Below are positions 7,346 through 15,780 of a stretch of 27,644 nucleotides of DNA, one piece after another. A program made the position numbers and the translations under genes. Under the pieces are notes generated by a model. It saw nothing but the letters and a program-made list of their open reading frames with translations, was not told the origin of the DNA and did no database searches. The DNA is taken from positions 1 to 27,644 of the IMG/VR virus record IMGVR_UViG_3300023214_000728, one strand, 5' to 3'. Every line of letters begins with the position of its first letter. Position 1 is the stretch's first letter. The DNA is from a virus. Taxonomy: Duplodnaviria; Caudoviricetes.

Positions 7346-8665
7346 GTTCTTTGGGTCATCAAAGCGTGTATACGATGAACTGAACTTCAAGAACACCTTG
7401 CCGAGAGGCCCGTTTCGCTGCTTGCCAATGATAACCTGTGTGGCACCAACAACACGCTCGTTTATGGCCTTTTCTTCTGTCATGTAATAATCCTCCCTAT
7501 AAAGGAAGATCACAACATCAGCATCCTGTTCAAGCGACCCGGACTCTCTCAGGTCGGATAGCACAGGTACGTGGTTTGAACGCTGTTCTGGTGCCCTTGA
7601 AAGCTGGCTGAGGGCGACGACAGGAACCCCCAGCTCCTTAGCCAACCCCTTGAGCTTCCTTGATATGTCATCAATCTCTGAGCGGCGTCCGTGGCGTCTC
7701 GTTTCCTTGTCGCCCTGCATGAGTTGTAGGTAATCCACAACCACCAGATCCACCGGGCCGTTAGATGCAACATGCCTCATTATCCTTGCCCTGAGTTCAG
7801 ACGGTGTTTGCCCCGGCTTTTCGTCTATGTACAGCGGGGCTTCGTGGATGGTCTTTGCTGCAACAGCAAGACGGTCGTAGTCGGACTGGTGCATTTCGCC
7901 CTTACGGATGCGCTGTAGGTCGATTCTACCCTCACATGCAAGGATGCGCTCCACCAGGGACTCTTTCGACATTTCCAGCGATGCAACATATACGGTGTTG
8001 CCATTAACCGCCGCATTAACGCCCACCTGGATAGCCCAACTCGTCTTACCCATGCTCGGGCGTCCGGCAACATATATCAGGTCGCTATCATGCCAGCCAC
8101 CTGCCATCTTGTCGTCTAGCTCGGAGAAGCCCGTTTGGATGGCCGGTAGCTCTTCTGCGTTTGCTCTGGAGTCTATGATCTCCATGACGGGCCATACCAT
8201 GTCTCTGGTAGAAACCGGCTTGGTGCCCTGTATCTCGCCACCTGCCGCCAACAGGCGAGCTTCCGCTTCAGTCAGAGCATCATCGCCGGACACGTCACCA
8301 TAACACTCTCTGATCGTATCCTGTGAAGCTTTGATGATCCTTCTGCGCAAGGCGCGGTCTTTGACCACGTTGATGTGGTACTGTAGATTCGTGTCTGTCG
8401 GCAGGTCCAGGAGTTCGGACAGTGATTGTACGTCACCGCTGCCGAACATGTCCTCCATTTCGGAGTTTACGGCCAGCACGTCAACCTCATTGGAGTTGTC
8501 CATAACCCTGGAGATTGCACGGAAAACACGACGGTTCTGTTCAAAGTATAAATCGTCTTCGTCTAGCTCGTTCACCACGGCAAGGGCTGATTCAGGCGAC
8601 AAAAAACATGAACCCAGAACATAGTATTCTGAGTCCTCGCTATATGGTGGCTTCCTGTCTATCAC
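7334..8665 (-). CDS. dnaB: Replicative DNA helicase DnaB
   Basis: N-terminal PPYSEDSEYYVLG, TGFSELD, Walker A AGRPSMGKT, SLEM, VVVDYLQL, LSQLSR, SDLRESGSLEQDAD and KQRNG. Confidence 0.98.
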   Translation of the reverse strand: MIDRKPPYSEDSEYYVLGSCFLSPESALAVVNELDEDDLYFEQNRRVFRAISRVMDNSNEVDVLAVNSEMEDMFGSGDVQSLSELLDLPTDTNLQYHINVVKDRALRRRIIKASQDTIRECYGDVSGDDALTEAEARLLAAGGEIQGTKPVSTRDMVWPVMEIIDSRANAEELPAIQTGFSELDDKMAGGWHDSDLIYVAGRPSMGKTSWAIQVGVNAAVNGNTVYVASLEMSKESLVERILACEGRIDLQRIRKGEMHQSDYDRLAVAAKTIHEAPLYIDEKPGQTPSELRARIMRHVASNGPVDLVVVDYLQLMQGDKETRRHGRRSEIDDISRKLKGLAKELGVPVVALSQLSRAPEQRSNHVPVLSDLRESGSLEQDADVVIFLYREDYYMTEEKAINERVVGATQVIIGKQRNGPLGKVFLKFSSSYTRFDDPKNVSS

Positions 8666-9322
8666 CTAATCCTCCACCGGGTCGAGTTCACCCATAGCCT
8701 CCCTAGCTTCAGCCAACCGCTTTGCTAAATCTGGCGTTATAATGCCAAACTTATCCGTATTTATGTGGTTCAGGAACTGCTCAACCTTGCTCTGGTTGCG
8801 GCATATTAGCTCCAGGTCGAGGTAGCCACCCTCAAGGTTGTGTTCTCTGGAGTGGCACCCGTCTACCGCCTTTTTCAGGTCGGCAACCGAGTACCCCTCG
8901 TTGAGCCTCGCCAACACGGAACTGCCACGTTTCTGTGTGAGCTTGAGGCGCTTTCTGACACCTTCGTCTCCGCCCGTGGCTTCCACATAACTTTCCGCCC
9001 AATGGTCAAAGACCTCCTGTACATCCTTGCTCTTGCCCCACTCCGGGGTTTTCTTCTTCTTCGGCTTGGGCACCTTCGGGCTGGACCCGGTATTCACATA
9101 CAGGCTTTTGTTCTCAAACCTAACGAAGCCCTTTTTCTTGAGTTTCGTAAGAAGAGCCCTGGCTCTGGACTCGCCACCTCCAACGACATAGGACACAAGG
9201 TCGAGGTTGGCACCAGACATACCATCAGGATGCACCCAGTTACAAACAACGACCAGGGCAAGCTTTTCGTCTGAGTCCAACCCCTGCCGACCTAGTGCCC
9301 ACTGAACAGAACCTACGCTCAC
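8666..9322 (-). CDS. Replication initiator/replisome-organiser-like protein (N-terminal winged HTH + conserved phage C-terminal domain)
   Basis: wHTH-like N-terminus, basic linker, C-terminal ARLNEGYSVADLKKAVDG..DLELICRN. Lies immediately upstream of dnaB, a lambda O/P-like arrangement. Confidence 0.75.
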   Translation of the reverse strand: MSVGSVQWALGRQGLDSDEKLALVVVCNWVHPDGMSGANLDLVSYVVGGGESRARALLTKLKKKGFVRFENKSLYVNTGSSPKVPKPKKKKTPEWGKSKDVQEVFDHWAESYVEATGGDEGVRKRLKLTQKRGSSVLARLNEGYSVADLKKAVDGCHSREHNLEGGYLDLELICRNQSKVEQFLNHINTDKFGIITPDLAKRLAEAREAMGELDPVED

Positions 9323-9508
9323 CTATGTAACTGGCCCAGGATCGTCGCCAGAAGGACCTTCGGGGTCCTGGTTCGGTGTTTCGGTTGGCTGTCTTGGTGT
9401 ATGGGTGTGCTCCGTTGGATCCTGTTTATCGAACGTGCTGCGAAGCCCGTATCCTGCAAAGAACCCCGCAAACGCAGACAGTACCGCAATCGTGATAAAG
9501 GACTCCAT
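9323..9508 (-). CDS. Small single-TM membrane protein with Pro/acidic tail
   Basis: N-terminal hydrophobic helix FITIAVLSAFAGFFAGYGL. The ORF abuts both neighbours. Confidence 0.65.
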   Translation of the reverse strand: MESFITIAVLSAFAGFFAGYGLRSTFDKQDPTEHTHTPRQPTETPNQDPEGPSGDDPGPVT

Positions 9509-9510
9509 TG

Positions 9511-9762
9511 CTACAAATACCTCCAGTTGATGTTGTCTTCTACTTCTGAACTACGCTTCAAAATCATATCTGCTAGTACACCATTATACAACTCTGCTAA
9601 GAAAGATGCAACTATCAGGGCGAGCAACACAACGAACCCTACCGTGGAACCGCCAAGGTACGCGGTGAGCAATGCAACGAAAAAAGCAAACACGCCCACC
9701 GAAATCTGTATCCAGTACGGTGTCTCCCCGAGAGGTTCTTCCTGGTCGAGTGATGCCATCAT
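9511..9762 (-). CDS. Small two-TM membrane protein
   Basis: Two hydrophobic stretches and an ATGA overlap with the Rad50 stop. Confidence 0.7.
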   Translation of the reverse strand: MMASLDQEEPLGETPYWIQISVGVFAFFVALLTAYLGGSTVGFVVLLALIVASFLAELYNGVLADMILKRSSEVEDNINWRYL

Positions 9763-11669
9763 ACCAACTCGATAACCCGATCAGCCCGCTCTCTGGCGAT
9801 CTGTGTGTGTGTTACCACAACGATCTGTCTAAGGTTGTCTCCAATGATAGACTTCAGTGCGTCCACAACCATGCCCTGCCTGTTAGCGTTGATGGACTCC
9901 AGCGGCTCATCCAAAAACATCATATCCACAGGGTCGTCCGATGACTGGGCTGCAAGCCGCCCCATTGCAATCCGGAGACAGATAGCAACTACATTGGACT
10001 CTCCCCCTGACATCCTGGGTGTTGGTCCACCTTCGATATACAGTACGGGCTTATAGTCTTCATCCAGTTCGACTCGTGTGAACGCACCACCAGTAGCCTC
10101 GCTGACCAGATCAGATGCATAGGCGCTGATCCTGGCACGAATAGCACTGTTCAGGTGGTCCCTGACTTCACCCAACACCTTAGAGCACGCACTGTACAGG
10201 TTGCGGACCCTCGTGGCCTCTCTAAGGTCATCCTGTGCGGCCTGGGCCTTCTCCAGTCCCCTGCGCACCTCCTCAAGCTTGGACTGGGCCTTAGCGTGCT
10301 TCCTGCGTACCTCAGACTCTATATCAGCAGCCTCCTTCGCTCTTGCGGCTGCCGTGTTACGGGCCGCCTTGAGGCTGTCAAGCCTATCGGTGTCCACAGA
10401 AATCTCGCTCAGGCGTGACTGTGCGCTACCGACCTTCTCATGAAGACCGGAAAGTCTTTCTGTTATTTCTTCCCTTTCTTTAAGCAACTCAAGCAGGCTA
10501 GAGAGCCGCTCTGCTGTATAAGTGAACGTCTCAATTGTCCCTTCAAGGTCGGACTTCTTTTCCTCAATCCGCTTCAGTGAGCCCTCTACGTTGCGCAACT
10601 TATCCTGAGCGTCTTCCAGGTCACCCTCAATCTCTGAACGACGTGCGTTATATGCATCTTCTGGCATAACGTTGCCGCATTCAGAACACTTTTCTCCAGG
10701 ATCAACCAGAGAGTCCATGGCGTTCCTCAATACACGCACGTCTGCGTCGAGCTGTGTCTTAGCTTTGTGCAGCCTTTCGAGGTCTTCTTTCGCGTTACTC
10801 AGAGACTCGTTAAATTCAGGGATACGCTTCTTGCGGTTCTCAAGTTCTTCCTTGTAAGGCTTGTAAACTACGGGGTCGTTTGCGATCATTCCGACCTCTT
10901 CGTTTACGCGCTCCAGCTTGCTTTCGCTGTTCTTGATCGCCTCGCTTGCGTGTTCGATCTCTGATTCAATCTTCGTCGCCTGTACCATGCCGTCTGATGC
11001 GTCATCGTATTCTTTGACGGCTGCACTTTCTGTTGCTCTTGCTTTCTTGAGGTCAGCCTTAGCGTCTTCCATGTTCTTCGCATGTTTGGCCAACTCTTCT
11101 TCTGCGCCCTCTACGTCATATTCGTCGGGGTCAGCCACAGACTCCAGTGCGCTGATTCTGGACTTTGCGTCTCGGGCATTATCCCTGCTGTTGCTCTGAG
11201 CCCTATCCAGAGAATCCAGCGAGAGCGTTCGTGCAACAAACCGCTGTCGCTCTGTGGGACCCTTGCCCTTCAGCCACTCCAACTCCTCCTGCATGGCCAT
11301 GATCTGGGCCATGGACTCTTCTCTGGTAAGGTTCAGTATCGTCGACTCAACGAAATCAGTCACACCGCTTTGCGATGATGCCACCTTTTTACCAGCAGAG
11401 TTCAACACCCTGGCACCGTCAAAGTCGCGCTCGACGGTCCACCCGTTAATCTCTACCGAGCCAGAGGGCTTATTGTTGGTGCCCAGTGGAATGATGTCAC
11501 CTACAACGCCGTCTACAGCATGAGCACCATGTAGAACCCATGCTATGCCCTCGAAGATAGACGACTTGCCAGCACCGTTCGGTCCTACTATAACAGTAAG
11601 ACCTTCACCGAGAGCAAGGTCGATTTCGTCATGTGTGCGGTAGTTCTTCAGCCTTACGGAACTAATCAC
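9759..11669 (-). CDS. sbcC: Rad50/SbcC-like SMC ATPase
   Basis: Walker A GPNGAGKS, long coiled coil with a central CSEC zinc hook, signature MSGGE, Walker B MFLDEP and H-loop VVTH. GTG at 11669 follows an AAGGAGG SD (the track start is 11708). Confidence 0.95.
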   Translation of the reverse strand: MISSVRLKNYRTHDEIDLALGEGLTVIVGPNGAGKSSIFEGIAWVLHGAHAVDGVVGDIIPLGTNNKPSGSVEINGWTVERDFDGARVLNSAGKKVASSQSGVTDFVESTILNLTREESMAQIMAMQEELEWLKGKGPTERQRFVARTLSLDSLDRAQSNSRDNARDAKSRISALESVADPDEYDVEGAEEELAKHAKNMEDAKADLKKARATESAAVKEYDDASDGMVQATKIESEIEHASEAIKNSESKLERVNEEVGMIANDPVVYKPYKEELENRKKRIPEFNESLSNAKEDLERLHKAKTQLDADVRVLRNAMDSLVDPGEKCSECGNVMPEDAYNARRSEIEGDLEDAQDKLRNVEGSLKRIEEKKSDLEGTIETFTYTAERLSSLLELLKEREEITERLSGLHEKVGSAQSRLSEISVDTDRLDSLKAARNTAAARAKEAADIESEVRRKHAKAQSKLEEVRRGLEKAQAAQDDLREATRVRNLYSACSKVLGEVRDHLNSAIRARISAYASDLVSEATGGAFTRVELDEDYKPVLYIEGGPTPRMSGGESNVVAICLRIAMGRLAAQSSDDPVDMMFLDEPLESINANRQGMVVDALKSIIGDNLRQIVVVTHTQIARERADRVIELV

Positions 11670-12759
11670 GTTGTGCCTCCTTAACCAACCTGATAGACTC
11701 TGCCACAACCTCGTCCTCGTCTACACCAGGATCATCGAAGTTCTCGTCGATCCATTGTTCTATTGCGGCCTCAATGTTCACGGATTGCCCACCCTGCGCA
11801 ACGCCAGCGGGTCCACCAGAAACCTCTGCGGGAACCTCGTGAAGATGGAAGTGCAGGCAGTGTTCCTTGCACTTCCTTTCCAGCGACCTGTCGATCATGG
11901 AGGACAGTGACGGCGTAGAGTCGGTTACCTTAAGCCTGACGATGGCCCCATAGTGTGCATCTGACAACAACGTGTCTTCCATACACGCATTGATTACGTC
12001 ATAGTCGACGGCGGGCAGTGGGCCTATATCGTGGACAGCAACATCGCAAACCTCACAGAACTCTACATTCTTTGTTTCTGTGTCATATACAATGAAGCCT
12101 CGGGGTGTGTCCACTTGATCCCATGGCCCGTTCGGTACATGAGCTAGCGATCCAGGGTAGAACGCATTCGGTGCCAGCTCTGTATAGTTGTGGTAGTCAC
12201 CTAGTGCCACGTAGGCAAACCTGTCGGGGTTGATCTGGCCTATAGACGCGGCACCTATTCTGTCAGCGTAATCCACACCAGCACCGGATACGGCAGCGTG
12301 TGTCACCAATATGTCTGCACTAACATCGTCAGGGATGTCCATGTGATCCGGTACCACGAGAACATCAATCTCCCCGTGTCCAGTGACCACAGAAACAACC
12401 CTCGGCTCATCGGTCACAACCCTTATTCCGGGATGTGCTTCTCGTAGCACCTGTAACGGGTTGCCGTCAGAGGCGCGAGACGGGGCGTCATGATTGCCTC
12501 CAGCAATTACGACAGGACAATGGTCCACAAGCCCACCGAAATGCGATATGGCGTGTTCCATTACCGTATTCGATACATTCGGTAGATCGAACACATCTCC
12601 CGCAATCACCACAACATCAACATCGAGTCCCCTTATCTTGTCCACCGCACGAGCGAACACAGAGGAAACCTGGCGCTCTCTTAGGTTCTGTCCGTCTTCT
12701 GTGGTTTTTCTGTACGCCCTGAAGCCCAGGTGGGTGTCAGCTAGGTGTACGATTCTCAT
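11662..12759 (-). CDS. sbcD: Mre11/SbcD-like nuclease
   Basis: MRIVHLADTHLG, AGDVFD, GNHD, TH, YVALGDYH and YPGS. Directly upstream of sbcC. Confidence 0.95.
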   Translation of the reverse strand: MRIVHLADTHLGFRAYRKTTEDGQNLRERQVSSVFARAVDKIRGLDVDVVVIAGDVFDLPNVSNTVMEHAISHFGGLVDHCPVVIAGGNHDAPSRASDGNPLQVLREAHPGIRVVTDEPRVVSVVTGHGEIDVLVVPDHMDIPDDVSADILVTHAAVSGAGVDYADRIGAASIGQINPDRFAYVALGDYHNYTELAPNAFYPGSLAHVPNGPWDQVDTPRGFIVYDTETKNVEFCEVCDVAVHDIGPLPAVDYDVINACMEDTLLSDAHYGAIVRLKVTDSTPSLSSMIDRSLERKCKEHCLHFHLHEVPAEVSGGPAGVAQGGQSVNIEAAIEQWIDENFDDPGVDEDEVVAESIRLVKEAQRD

Positions 12760-12792
12760 GTTTCCTCGCGTGTTGGTGTGTGACTGGCCACA

Positions 12793-13428
12793 TCAGTATG
12801 GTAGCCCGTCACTCTGGTCCCCTACACCAGAACTGGACTCACTCGCGCCATCAAGTTCACCCTTCAGGTACTCGATGCCCTTCGATACCCGCTCCATGCT
12901 GGTCAGAGAGACAACATCGTCGTGGGTTTTCCGGTCGATTATACCACGATCCAGGGCCTTGCTGGCGAGGTCGCCAAGATAGTCCGTCTGCTTGCGCGTA
13001 GCTTCGCGGTCACCGTATCCGTCACCCATGAATCCGCCGTGCTTGTCCTTGTCATACAGATCCAGCCCCAACCCGAACATGCTGCACGCACGCTTGAACG
13101 CCTGCGAATATGCAGCCGTAGCGGCACCGCCCCACGAGAGCTTGTCAACGTCCTCTGTCCCGAAGTTCTCGCGAGTGATCCCATTAATCGTGAGCGCAAC
13201 GGTGACCAGCAGTTGGTTCTGTGGCCGCCCTTCCTTCCGGTTGGTGACATCCAGCACACGAACGTCAGTAACCCTGACCGCCCAGCCCCCACCTACTTCA
13301 TCGTTCAACCTCTGGATATACCGCCACTGTGGAACGAATACGCCGCCCTCGTCATATTTCTTAACGAGATCATCGTCCCACGGCTCACCCAGCGCATCCA
13401 TGACACCCGTGGAGATTGCATTTTCCAT
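12793..13428 (-). CDS. Rad52/Rad22-family (Sak-like) single-strand annealing protein
   Basis: YIQRLNDEVGGGW...LTINGITRENFG...AYSQAFKRACSMFGLGLDLY is the Rad52 core. It also has a C-terminal ATRKQ motif and an acidic tail ending LPY. GGAG upstream. Confidence 0.88.
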   Translation of the reverse strand: MENAISTGVMDALGEPWDDDLVKKYDEGGVFVPQWRYIQRLNDEVGGGWAVRVTDVRVLDVTNRKEGRPQNQLLVTVALTINGITRENFGTEDVDKLSWGGAATAAYSQAFKRACSMFGLGLDLYDKDKHGGFMGDGYGDREATRKQTDYLGDLASKALDRGIIDRKTHDDVVSLTSMERVSKGIEYLKGELDGASESSSGVGDQSDGLPY

Positions 13429-13431
13429 ATC

Positions 13432-15744
13432 CTACTCCCCCTTCTTGATTAGTCCGTCTACCAAGTTAGCAAGAATCGAGGTCTTGTCAACCCCCGACTC
13501 CTTCCCTGTGTTCGTCATGTCTACCACAGACCTCTTTTTTTCGATAAGGTCATGGATGGACATATCAATCGTTCCGTCTCCTAGCAGGTACCACGCAGTC
13601 ACGGGGCGATCCTGTCCGATACGAAGGCAGCGATCCTCTGCCTGATCGTGGTCTGCTGGCGTCCATGCTTGCTCAAGGAATGCCACGTTCGCGGCAGCGG
13701 TAAGTGTGATACCAACACCGCCCGCAGCGATATTCAGGACGATAAGGTTGCACTCCGGATCCTCCTGGAATCTATCAACATACTCCTGCCTGGCGGTGCC
13801 CGGCGTGTCTCCCGTGATGGAAGGAGCATCAAACTTCTTCGCGATCTCGCTCACAATCTCTTTATGCCACGCGAAAAGCACCAGCTTTTCACCCTGATCG
13901 AGCACGTTTTGTATCCACTCTTTCGCGTAGGACACCTTCCCGCGTGCAGCAAGTTTCTTCAGCGCATTGATGCGCACCAGTACTTCAGCCCTGCGGGCCT
14001 TCTCCGCTTTGGAGTTGGCGTATTCAGCACGCTTGCGCTTACGTTCTGGCGAGGGTAGGTGTGCAATGGACTCCAGGAACTCTCGTTCGTTGTACGCTTG
14101 CTCTCTTAACCATTCGATAAGGTCTTCCTCTGCACGACGATACTCGCTCATGTTATCAATGTCCATCAACACGACAGAGCGAGTCTTTGACGGCAGCTCA
14201 GACAACACATCTTCGCGTTCCCTGCGAACGTAGCATGTCTTCCTCAACTCGCGATTCAATACGTCCAGGTTCTTGGCACCGGACAGGTCCCAGCCAAACC
14301 TCCCCTTGTAGGCATCGCAGAAATTTTTGGCAAACGAAAACCACCCACCAAGGTCAGACAACCTGTCTATGATCCTGAGCTGTGATATGAGTTCTGATGG
14401 CCTGTTCGTTACAGCCGTCCCTGTCATGAGAAGCCGATAACGTGCGTTCTTGGCTATCCGCTGTAGTGCTTTTGCTCTTTTCGCCTTGGGATTCTTAACC
14501 ATATGCGACTCGTCAGCAACAACGACATTGAAGCGGTCTACCAGTTGCTTGAATATGCGATCATCCACCCTCTTGTTGCCGTCGTCATCCTTATATTCGC
14601 GCTTGATGATGATGTCATAGTTTGCCACCACAACGTCAACGTCCTTGAAAACTTCAGCATCCAGGCCCTCCAAAACCTGAACGGATATGCCGGGCACCCA
14701 ACGCTCAAGTTCCCTCTTCCAATTCAGTTTGATGGACGCAGGACACACAACCAATGCAGGAAAATCGTCGATAGCTGCCATGAAGATCGCTGCTTGAATT
14801 GTTTTGCCCGTCCCCATGACCTCACCCAATATAGCCCTCTCTGCGTCAACCAGATATTCTGCCCCTGACCACTGGAAAGGGTATGGCTCAAGGTCGTCGG
14901 ACCCTATGCCGTCTATGCGGAAGTCGGTTGTGTCTGATTTCGACGCCTGTAGCCTCTGTTGGGCTTCTTTGTGGTAGTTATCAATCGCGGACCTTACGGA
15001 CCCGGGAACAACATACCCGAAAGACTCAGCAAACCTTATAATGGAATCATCGTCAGAAACCGGCACAGTCCAGTGTTTGCCGCGCCTGTCATCATCGCGG
15101 AACTTGCGACCGGACACACCCTTGATCGCAGATACCGCATCTGCGTCGTAGTCGAAAAACACACGTATGATGTCTCCGTCTAGCTTGAGGTACCCATCAA
15201 CATCATTGTCCATGTCCTCGTTGTCGAACAACTCGCAGTCAGCGGTCAGCTTCTTTGCAGCGGCATCGGTTCTTCTGAAGTTGTTGATGTCAGCGAAAGA
15301 TGTAAGTTGTTTAGCGCCCTTCGGTGCGACTGTCCAGTATTTGTCTGAAGCGTTCCAGCGTGAGGTGGGGACTCCCTTGATCGCTGACACGAGGCCGGGG
15401 TCATAACTGAACTCGACACGGTAGAATCCGTTGTCCGTCACAGATATGAGCTTGCTGTTATCTGCCTTGAGTTTTATGGATACGGATTGGCGGGATGCGA
15501 CGGAGCGGCTTGTTGGCTCTGGGATTGAGCCGAAGTCTATACCAGCATCCTCTAGTTGGCCGCTATATCTCTTGGCCATGTGGTATGCGTGGTATGTTGC
15601 GTCTTCGCTCCATTCTTCGTGTGGGGTGTCGGCAAGCACATGACCGAACCGGGCATCTGTCGCGTTGAAGCCCTGCCCGTCTTTCGTGCTTGCGTGGTCA
15701 CAACGACCAGCAAGGAACCGTATCGCATCAGCTATAAGAGACAT
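13432..15744 (-). CDS. SNF2-family ATPase, SMARCAL1/HARP-like annealing helicase
   Basis: Q-motif PYPFQ, motif I MGTGKT, Ia VVCPAS, II DESH, III MTGTA, GGVGITLT and VI QAEDRCLRIGQ. Two N-terminal F.YD...V.AIKGV....W repeats. Confidence 0.93.
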   Translation of the reverse strand: MSLIADAIRFLAGRCDHASTKDGQGFNATDARFGHVLADTPHEEWSEDATYHAYHMAKRYSGQLEDAGIDFGSIPEPTSRSVASRQSVSIKLKADNSKLISVTDNGFYRVEFSYDPGLVSAIKGVPTSRWNASDKYWTVAPKGAKQLTSFADINNFRRTDAAAKKLTADCELFDNEDMDNDVDGYLKLDGDIIRVFFDYDADAVSAIKGVSGRKFRDDDRRGKHWTVPVSDDDSIIRFAESFGYVVPGSVRSAIDNYHKEAQQRLQASKSDTTDFRIDGIGSDDLEPYPFQWSGAEYLVDAERAILGEVMGTGKTIQAAIFMAAIDDFPALVVCPASIKLNWKRELERWVPGISVQVLEGLDAEVFKDVDVVVANYDIIIKREYKDDDGNKRVDDRIFKQLVDRFNVVVADESHMVKNPKAKRAKALQRIAKNARYRLLMTGTAVTNRPSELISQLRIIDRLSDLGGWFSFAKNFCDAYKGRFGWDLSGAKNLDVLNRELRKTCYVRREREDVLSELPSKTRSVVLMDIDNMSEYRRAEEDLIEWLREQAYNEREFLESIAHLPSPERKRKRAEYANSKAEKARRAEVLVRINALKKLAARGKVSYAKEWIQNVLDQGEKLVLFAWHKEIVSEIAKKFDAPSITGDTPGTARQEYVDRFQEDPECNLIVLNIAAGGVGITLTAAANVAFLEQAWTPADHDQAEDRCLRIGQDRPVTAWYLLGDGTIDMSIHDLIEKKRSVVDMTNTGKESGVDKTSILANLVDGLIKKGE

Positions 15745-15751
15745 GTGTCAC

Positions 15752-15780
15752 ACTATACTACGGCACTGGCTTTTTGTCAA
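15752..15780 (-). promoter_or_regulatory. Sigma70-type promoter TTGACA-17 bp-TATAGT driving the recombination/replication operon
   Basis: The minus strand reads TTGACA aaaagccagtgccgtag TATAGT gtgacac ATG: perfect -35, 5/6 -10 and a 17-bp spacer. Confidence 0.85.

Noticed and set aside
7295-7385. Mini CRISPR array
   Set aside because: Only two short imperfect copies with a 15-bp gap, one overlapping the dnaB stop, and no cas genes.
7334-9508. Stop-codon reassignment (TAG read as sense) suggested by in-frame TAG-GTG junctions
   Set aside because: The same junction type occurs with TAA. Genes are full length under the standard code, and DnaB begins with its normal N-terminus right after the stop.
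9759-12759. SMC-based defence system (Wadjet/Lamassu-like)
   Set aside because: The zinc hook, the adjacent Mre11 nuclease and the phage recombination context indicate SbcCD/Rad50-Mre11.
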